A DNA stretch of 64,000 nt from Octopus sinensis (lineage: Eukaryota). Every line of letters starts with the position of its first letter. The stretch's first letter is position 1. The stretch spans positions 87,358,001-87,422,000 of the forward strand of contig NC_043000.1 in the NCBI RefSeq assembly GCF_006345805.1, given 5' to 3'. The notes under the pieces were generated by a model. It was not told where the DNA came from and did not search any database. It saw only the letters and a program-made list of their open reading frames with translations. Position numbers and translations under genes: made by a program. Shown piece after piece: positions 55,706 to 64,000 of the stretch.

Positions 55706-55768
55706 TTTTGTTAATTCGTCGTTCAACTCCATTCTTTCTTATATATATATATATATATGTGTATATAT

Positions 55769-55843
<75 letters not shown>

Positions 55844-55989
55844 CACATGTGTGTGTGTGTGCGCGTGCGTGTACTTGTGTATCTGTGTCTGTTCCGCCAC
55901 CATCACTTGACAACCAATATTGGTGTGTTTACGTCCACGTAACTTAGTGGTGCGGCAAAAGGGACCGATAGAATAATTACTGAGCTTAA

Positions 55990-56112
55990 GAATGGGACTG
56001 GAAACGAAAACAGGAACTGAACAAGGAACAGGATAGGACATGAAACAGTGTAATGGGAATGGGAACTGGAAATAATTCCTGCCTTTCTGGGTATTACCGG
56101 GTAATCAACTAG
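55990..56112 (+). mobile_element. Helitron-like 3' terminus; related piece at about 47415-47515
   Basis: Short hairpin CTGGGTATTACCGGG followed by TAATCAACTAG|T, the typical subterminal hairpin plus CTAG. Confidence 0.5.
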
Positions 56113-56129
56113 TATATATATGTATATAT

Positions 56130-56195
<66 letters not shown>

Positions 56196-56201
<6 letters not shown>

Positions 56202-58620
56202 TTTAGAAATAGTATACCCCTACTTCTCGTCAAATAAAAAGAATTTTTATTTTAAATACCTACTGTTTTATTCCTTGGCTACACGTGTTTCATGAGATAC
56301 ATCCTTGGGTTCCTAAACCGCTCCGTGTTTCCCTGGAATCCCTCTCAAGATGCCACCCCAATCATCAGCCCCTTATAACTTTATCAACGTTCAATACAAT
56401 GAACTATATTTTAATTTTTAAATCCCATAAATATTTGTACTCTACAGTACAATGCATAATTCAGATAAAAATTCAAATAAAGATAAGTTACAGAAATAAA
56501 AGTTACACGAATAAAGTAAGGAATAAAAATCACAAAAAATATACGAAAATTTACAAAAAACTATGTTAGTTATATATAGTGTTCCAAATAAAATTAAATT
56601 TACAAATACTATTTTAAATAATATTTAAAAAATGTGAATAAAAACGAAAGGAATACGAATAAAAGTAAATACGAGTAAAAATAAAATACGAGTAAAAAAT
56701 AAAAATAAAAATAAAAATAAAGATAGCAAGGAAAATATACACGAATAAAAGTTAATAAACATGAAGTCAATTACGAAGAGATAATTTAAAATAAAAGAGC
56801 TATAGTTCTAATACGAACTGCAAAATTTCAAGTGATACGAATGGTAACTTTTTTTTAAAATTTCAAGTGATACGATTGATAACTTTTTTTAAAATTTATA
56901 TAGTAAAATATAATAAAATAAATATAACTTGATTGTAAAGTAAGGAAAATATGCAATTCTCCGATAGCTCCATTATCCTACAACGTCCTAATTATGGCCT
57001 GACATTGTAAAGTCCAGCGAAGTACTCACACCCTATTTCCTGCTACTTTAAACTATTATTTAATTAACATATTGTCTAAATAGTAAAGCATGGTTCACGA
57101 AACTTCAAAAATGCATCATGGGAATATTAATTTTTTATTTCGTATAATTCCGTATTATTCCGCCCATTTTATCACTAGTTATTATTCATCCCACCATCTA
57201 ATGGTAAGTTTTTATTTCTATTAAAAAATTATATAATTATAGTATTAACAAATACTTACGCTAAAATTTAGGGTTATGCGTTATTAATAAGGCATTTTAG
57301 TCTATGTTTACATTTAATTTTACGTTCATCCTGATTATTAAGAAGTTCAGTTTTAGACCATAATATCGCCATGAATTCATGGGTACATAATAAACATGAC
57401 CTATTTCCTATTCTATATGATTTAGCTTTACATATTATCTCCCACTTTAATTCATAATTAATTAATTTCATTTTTAAACTCCAAACATATTTACTTAGTC
57501 CTGTAGAATTCCAAAGTTTTTTTATTTTTACATGAATTCAAGTGCTGTGCTTTTCGCTGCTTAATTTTATTCGAAGTCGAACCTATGTACATTCTATCTA
57601 GGTATTTTTCAATATCTGTATTATTTATACCACTATTTTCGTTCCCATCTCCTTTTACCGAAACCACACATTTATATACTACATCACTAACATTACATCT
57701 TCCATTAAATTTACAACGGTTTTTATCTCTACAGGTATAACTATTATGGTCTCTATAACTCCTATTCATATCCTTATTTAATTTGTCATGGTAATATTTA
57801 ACCTATGCTTATTAATTGATGATATAATATTCCCTACGTTATTAGTCGTTCAGTACCCCACTCCTAGATTATTTTTAGAGAGTATTTCGATATATTTTTT
57901 ATTTTCCATAATAAACGATTCAATTGTATTAGTAATATCTTTAATGAGATTATTTCTAATTTGAGTACCGCATGGGACAATCAACCATATCTTTTTATTA
58001 TTATTTTTCTTTATGTTTATATTATTATTAATCCCCTTATCTTTATTTATCCCAGTCTCATTATTATCTTCTAAATTATTTACTATATTATCTCCAATAT
58101 GATTTACTTTTAATTTTAAATCCTTCCCCTTTACTCAACCTATCTGTATACTTTATAGTTTTCCTGTTTATTACCATCTTGAATTCCATATTATTACGGT
58201 ATGTTCTTCTATTATTACTTTTATACATACTATCTTTATTTTTATCATTATTATAATATACGTTTCTATTCTCGTCTACATTTACGTTTGTATTACTCAC
58301 TATATTAACATTATTTAGGTTACTTACGTTATTCTGTTTAATATAATAATTATTCCTATTCGTATTCTTATAGAATTTAATATAGTTTATTGTATTGAAC
58401 GTTGATAAAGTTATAAGGGGCTGATGATTGGGGTGGCATCTTGAGAGGGGTTCCAGGGAAACACGGAGCGGTTTAGGAACCCAAAAATGTACCTCGTGAA
58501 ACACGTGTAGCCAAGGAATAAAACAGTAGGTATTTAAAATAAAAATTCTTTTTATTTGACGAGAAGTAGGGGTATTCCTTTTATTTGGCGAGAAGTAGGG
58601 GTATACAGTCTCTAAATTAA
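56196..58620 (-). mobile_element. 5'-truncated Penelope-type PLE (linker, GIY-YIG, 3' UTR) with inverted terminal copy
   Basis: CRDKNRCKFNGRCNVSDVVYKC...MYIGST; LKWEIICKAKSY..CLLCTHE..CKH. About 56215-56410 is inverted at about 58375-58575. Confidence 0.88.
58415..58515 (+). ncRNA. HHR-like motif with about 70-nt stem II; inverted paralogue at 56277-56372 (-)
   Basis: CTGATGA (58421-58427)...GAAA-CACGTG-TA (58498-58509); stem I is weak (G-G at the first pair). Confidence 0.6.
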
Positions 58621-58709
58621 AATATATTTCTTCATTGAGAACCTCTGTTATGCCGGAATTGTTATTCCCTAAAAAATTAATATTTAAATATACATATATA
58701 TATAAATAT

Positions 58710-58918
58710 ATAGTTAATCCAAACATGAACAAAGAGAAAACACAACAACGCGAGGACGTGGAACAAGTATAGTGTTATTGGACGCTCAGGAAAGGAAAGA
58801 AAGAAGGAGGATTTAACGTGTCGAGCGGAGCTCTTCGTCAGAAACATAGAAAAAGGAAAGGTCCAAGGAAAGGAAGACGGAGAAAGGAAATCACCAACGA
58901 TACACACGCGGTCACATA
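58710..58918 (-). mobile_element. Solo pLTR tail of the 19-26 kb Neptune family; another at about 46175-46350
   Basis: AGTTAATCCAAACATGAAC...CGCGAGGACGTGGAACAAG...GAGCGGAGCTCTTCGTCAGAAAC...GGTCACAT matches 18990-19190. Confidence 0.88.
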
Positions 58919-58994
<76 letters not shown>

Positions 58995-59068
58995 GATGTA
59001 TGTATATATATACATACATACATACATACATACATACATACATAATACATACATACATACATATATAA

Positions 59069-62000
59069 GATAAAGGACAGTGAACCAATTTATTGGGAGT
59101 TACATGTGTGGATAAAAACAGTTTGATTCAAATTCGTTGGCACTGTTGAGCCTCAAGCACGATGCTAGTCGTCAGCCATTTTGAATTTGAATGACAGGAG
59201 CTGATTGTTATTATTGCGATAGAAGTCTGTCAGGTTGATGGGGAAGTAGGAAGGGGTGGGATGTGGAAGTATATAGTTCTATATGTGGGTGTACAGACGT
59301 GCTCATATAGTTTTGCGTGCATGTGTATATTGATGCAAGTGTGCGCATCTGTATATGCGCACAACTGCACACACACACATACACGCACACACGCACATAC
59401 CCGCTTGGACGAACACGCAAGCGCGCACACGCATACACATACACATGCGTATGCACACATGCACACATATACACACATACACAAGGCGGCGAGCTGGCAG
59501 AAACGTTAGCATACTGGGCGAAATGCGTAGCCGTATTTCGTCTGCCGTTACGCTCTGAGTTCAAATTCCGCCGAGATCGACTTTGCCTTTCATCCTTTCG
59601 GGGTCGATAAATTAAGTACCAGTGGCGCACTGGGATCAATGTAATCGACTTAATCCATTTGTCTGTCTTTGGTTGTCCCCTCTGTGTTTGGACCCTTGTG
59701 GGTAGTAAAGCAATAGACACATACACACATACGTATTCATTCATATGTGCATATGTATATTCGCATACATGTATACATATATACATGCGCGCACACGCAC
59801 GTGCGTGCACATGTGCATTCCCATGCACCCGTGCGCAAGTATGCACGCGCAAAACATGCGTTTGGGGATTGGTTAGCGTTGGGAATTGGTAAGTGTTGGG
59901 TGTTGGTACGCGTTGGGGATTGGTAAATCTTGGGGACTCGTAAATGGCTGTCCTGATCATGGGGTTGGTTGGTAGCTGTGACGTTGATGCAGGCGGTGCA
60001 AAGTAGCAGCTGGTGCTAAGGTGGTATATTCGCGTTGTCAGCAGTCAGAGGCCTGAAATTTGCCAGAGGGGCATATCTCTGATGACAGTAATACGATAAA
60101 TCGTATTTCTTTTTGATGTATACTGCGGGTTGTTGGAGGATATGCAGTTTTTCGCAGAGGCAGAGCTGGCAGTTGGGGGTACCGGGTGAATATGGTGGCG
60201 CTCTGTCGACAATAGTCCACCTAATGCTGGGTGTATCATCTCGGTGATCAAGGTGTTTCGAGAGAAAATGAGACAGGGAAGTAGAGTTCTCTCTATCCCT
60301 GGATCTAAACGTGTGCATATACTGGGAGTCTCTTCCCTATGCCATCGGATGGTGTAATGGTGGCTCTATATACTACAACACTTGACAGACAAGATCCTTC
60401 TAGAGAGTACATGGTGGGGTTTCAGTAACTGCAGGTTGGGTTTGGGGTTGGTGTGGGTGTATTTTTATGTCTGTTGATGCGTGCGATGTTAGATGTTATG
60501 TTGTCTAAGCAGGAGTAGCGGACCTTGACATTATGGGGTTGAAGAGTTTGTAATACTTATGGCATCTTGGGGAGTATTTCTTAATTAACAACAAGAAGAC
60601 CCTAGCTACGTTGGTGGAAACTTCTAGGTTGAAATGGGGTTATACCATATAATTCTCCTTCTTCTCCTAATCCTTTTTGGTGAGGAGAGGGTTTTGGGAG
60701 TTGTCCACATATGTGAGCTTCTCAGTAAACCCGCTCCTAACTAAAGAATTGTTGTAGTGAGGATCTCTCTGTTGAAGATCTCTCTGTTGGCCGAGGGATT
60801 AGATAGTCGTTTACTAATGCCTGGAGCCAAGTTCCTAATTACATATCGAGGGAGGTTTTGAACTCTTGTGCATGTATACTGTATTCTCGTGAGGCTTCCT
60901 GTACGGGTGATATTTACCCGTACTGAGGTTTAAGGTTACGTCCAAGAAATAGACCGTAGTCAGGTTGGTGGTAACGGTTATGGGCAAGCCGAATTCCTTA
61001 AATATTTCTATCAAGTCCTTCCTGAACCTGTACATGGTGTCGCCGTTCATATGGCTTGAAATAGCTTGAAATAGCCAGGCCGTCGTCCCTCTAGAGGGCC
61101 GACCTGTGTGGGAAGGTGCGTCTTTTGGGGGTATCCAAAATGTATAACACGACGAGGTCGGCGCTTTCAGCCCAGTCAAAGCTCCCCATAGAGACGTCGA
61201 ACAATGGGTCACCTGTTTTCATCCAGGAGGAATCGTAGGAGGCCAGAATTGACTTTCTGGCATTCATGATAATTCTGATGTCAAGGTCACTAATGCTAGT
61301 GTATTGCTCAGCAAAAGTTAGGGCCTTTAGAAGGAGGGCTTAGATATGGAAGGGTAGAAGTCGGTAATGTCGAACAGGGTGAATCTACAGGCTGATTTAT
61401 TCTCGATACCGCGGAACCAGTCGACCTGCACTGGAGTTCCATTGAGTCAATCCTGTAGCGCTTCTGATATCGGAGTTGATAATATCGAGAATATGTTTGC
61501 TAATATGTTTGCTATCTCACTTTTAGAGTGGTTGATTAGTTTGCATTTGGGATTGGGGTAATGCCATTCACGAACGGTTTGCAATGGAGAGACAATCACT
61601 ACCGTACTCGCTGAGGAATATCCAAATATATCTACGGATAATTTGGCTTCAAATATCGAAAGTGCGCCCCACATATGAAAGACTGAAAAATTTGAGACTG
61701 ATCTACGGAACATTGTAAAGAAGGTAAGGTTTCTGCATTTTTCTAACCCCTTCCTTAAACCCCTAAATGACTATATGACCAGCATTAAACAATCGTCCAA
61801 CATACACACCCTCGCAGACAAAACAAAGAACATTTACGAAATGAACAAGACTTCTTACAAGTGCCATCACCAAAACATACAAGAAAACACGTAATTCCAT
61901 ATATAATGACAAAAAACAGAAGCAAAGGAGCTTGCCACCCACCTTAATATAGAGGATCTTGTGGACTACCTCGCCACGCGACTTCTCCCATATTACATTT

Positions 62001-62575
62001 AAGGACCATAAGCTTAACTTCCACTCCAATCCCAAATGCAGGCGTGCGTGTGTGCGCGCACGCTGGTATGCATGCATACACGCATGCGAATATACATATG
62101 TACATATGAATGAATACGCACGTGTGTGTATGCGTGTATGTGTGTGCATGTGTGCATATGCGTGTCCGTCCAAGCGTGCGTGTGTGTAGACGCGCACGTG
62201 CGCATCCATGTACAGATGCACACACTCGCATCAGTACACATTCACGAAAAACTATATGAGCGCGTCTGCAGAACTATATACTTGCACATGCCGCTCCTTC
62301 CTACTCTCCCCCAACATCCTGACCGACCTCTAGTTTATTTCCTGTCCTCCACGTGGTCAATTTGCTGTTCGCAATGCAGTATTTTCTATCTAACTGTTAC
62401 CCATATACCAACATCAAACTACGACACCGCGTGACCTTTCTCGACCAATCCCGGCCCATCTTACGGTAATAACAATCAACTTCTGTCATTCAAATTCAAA
62501 AGGGCTGACGACTAGCATTGTGCTTGAAACTCAAGAGTACCAACACGAATTTGAATCAAACTGTTTTGATCCATA
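59069..62575 (-). mobile_element. Penelope-type PLE with inverted N-terminal segment, inverted terminal repeats and a SINE insertion (59484-59712)
   Basis: Minus strand: FTLFDITDFYPSI; FLDVTLNLSTGKYHPYRKP; IRWTIVDRAPPYSPGTPNCQLCLCEKLHIL. Plus strand 61558-62040: YSLRNI, FETDLRNIVKK, FKDHKLNFHSNPKC. About 59100-59400 is inverted at about 62190-62575. Confidence 0.88.
62502..62543 (+). ncRNA. Type I HHR; decayed inverted paralogue at 59136-59178 (-)
   Basis: GG-CTGACGA-CT-AGCA-TTG-TGCT-T-GAAA-CTC-AA-GAG-TA-CC. Confidence 0.7.
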
Positions 62576-64000
62576 TATATATACACACATATACATATTT
62601 AACTATCTAATTGATAGTCTATCAATCGAGAACAGAACGATGAAACGAAGAGCTGACCCCCTGAGCGATTTGGAAAATAGGCTCTTTCTTACATCATCCC
62701 TTATTTTCATTACTATTTTTATTGTGTATATTTTCTCCTGTGTCAACTAGTTTTTGATCAAGTTAGGCAGGGATCTTCGATCATAAGTTAACTTCTTTGT
62801 CACATCCAATCTTATACTTTTGCAAATTAATAAATACCGTACTTTACTAAAAATAATGTGTGGAACTTCAGCTTAGTTATTTCTATATATAACTTTACAT
62901 AATAACGAAAGTTATTGTTTCGGGAAGAATGATTTACAGAAGATAAAGAGAAAGGCTTTATTTTTAACCAATGTCTGATAAGATATCTCTAATTTATAGA
63001 CTTCAGCAGTCCCAAATTCTCAAGCAAGGTAAGTATTCTTTGTCATTGAACTTATATCCAGTCTCCCTGAAAATTATTTTTGATTTCAAATATTTTCAGC
63101 AGCCGTATGGTTTTAATTAGCTGTAGCTCTAAAGATAATGCGATTAGTAAATATATTTACGACACAGTTTGTCATTATTAGCTATCTCGTGTTAAACCTC
63201 TTTCTCTTATTTAAAGTTAACTATAACTGACTGAATTATAAACTTCAACTTACCGAAATTGTGATAAGAGAACCAGAAAATTAATGCACAAGACTATCAT
63301 TCTTGGCAAAGAAACGATAGCTTGCCTCTTTCCTTTATTTTCTTTTTCATGCTAAGTCTCTATTTCTATATTCTCTGCTAGCCATTTTACATTCTTGTAC
63401 GTCTTGTACATAGTGATTATTTTATCTTAAATTCGGTAAGTATGTGTAATTTATGCATTAAACTACCTAATAATACTAAAGCATGCCAGATGTTGCTCGA
63501 ACTTACCGAAAGAATCAAAACAATATTGAGCAAGCATTAATATTAGCATTTCATCATCACGTAACATTTTATCCATTTAGCATTTTTAATGTTTTAGTCA
63601 TTAACTCTTTGCCTATCCAAATCGTTTCCACAAGTTTGTAACTAAACGTTCATATTTGTTCTCAGATTTTTAGACTGCCCTTGTTTTATACGCTCTGAGT
63701 AATATAAGATTTTCTTTTCGTAAGTCCCAAGTTAGTCTGTTAATTGAGAAAAAAATTAGAATGAGTAACATATATGATGCATGGACGGCAGGGAAATATG
63801 CTCCGTGGATAACATGTGATACATAGGACAGACAAATGGTTAAATATATTAACAGTATAACTGAATGAGATTATTTTTGTTATTTAGTCAATACCACATG
63901 GTGAGACCATCCAATTATACAAATCCTTAACCTTCAAAATTATCTTGATAGACCTTAAATTTATGCTTTCCAAGTTCCTTACCTACCAATAACCTTCTCA

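Larger units (their letters stand above)
52351..55740 (+). mobile_element. Penelope-type PLE, unit 2 (near-identical to unit 1)
   Basis: Offset about 3450 bp; RT ORFs 52823-53140 and 53285-53986. Confidence 0.92.

Noticed and set aside
63248-63441. Apparent small exons ending TTCG|GTAAGT on both strands (for example 63382-63435 +)
   Set aside because: The motif ACTTACCGAA recurs three times (about 63248, 63432 inverted, 63498), more consistent with MITE-like inverted termini than splice donors.

Overview
AT-rich, microsatellite-saturated animal DNA; the repeat content resembles an octopus/coleoid cephalopod (inference). Almost all long ORFs in the track are translated (TA)n/(CA)n/(TACA)n/(TAA)n repeats. 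The window is dominated by decayed retroelements: at least eight Penelope-like elements (PLEs; RT plus C-terminal GIY-YIG, both Penelope-type and Neptune-type), R4/Dong-like RLE non-LTR fragments, RTE fragments, mariner remnants, tRNA-derived SINEs and Helitron-like ends. The main hidden signal is RNA structure. More than a dozen type I hammerhead ribozyme (HHR) motifs from about eight sequence families sit in PLE terminal repeats, nearly every family with its own palindromic stem III. They include versions with greatly extended stem II and a U3-A8 compensatory core variant. Other features are a 3.45-kb tandem duplication, an inverted triplication, a 400-bp tandem array and two or three candidate minus-strand host exons. 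All calls were made by eye, with no folding, alignment or database search; boundaries are approximate unless stated.
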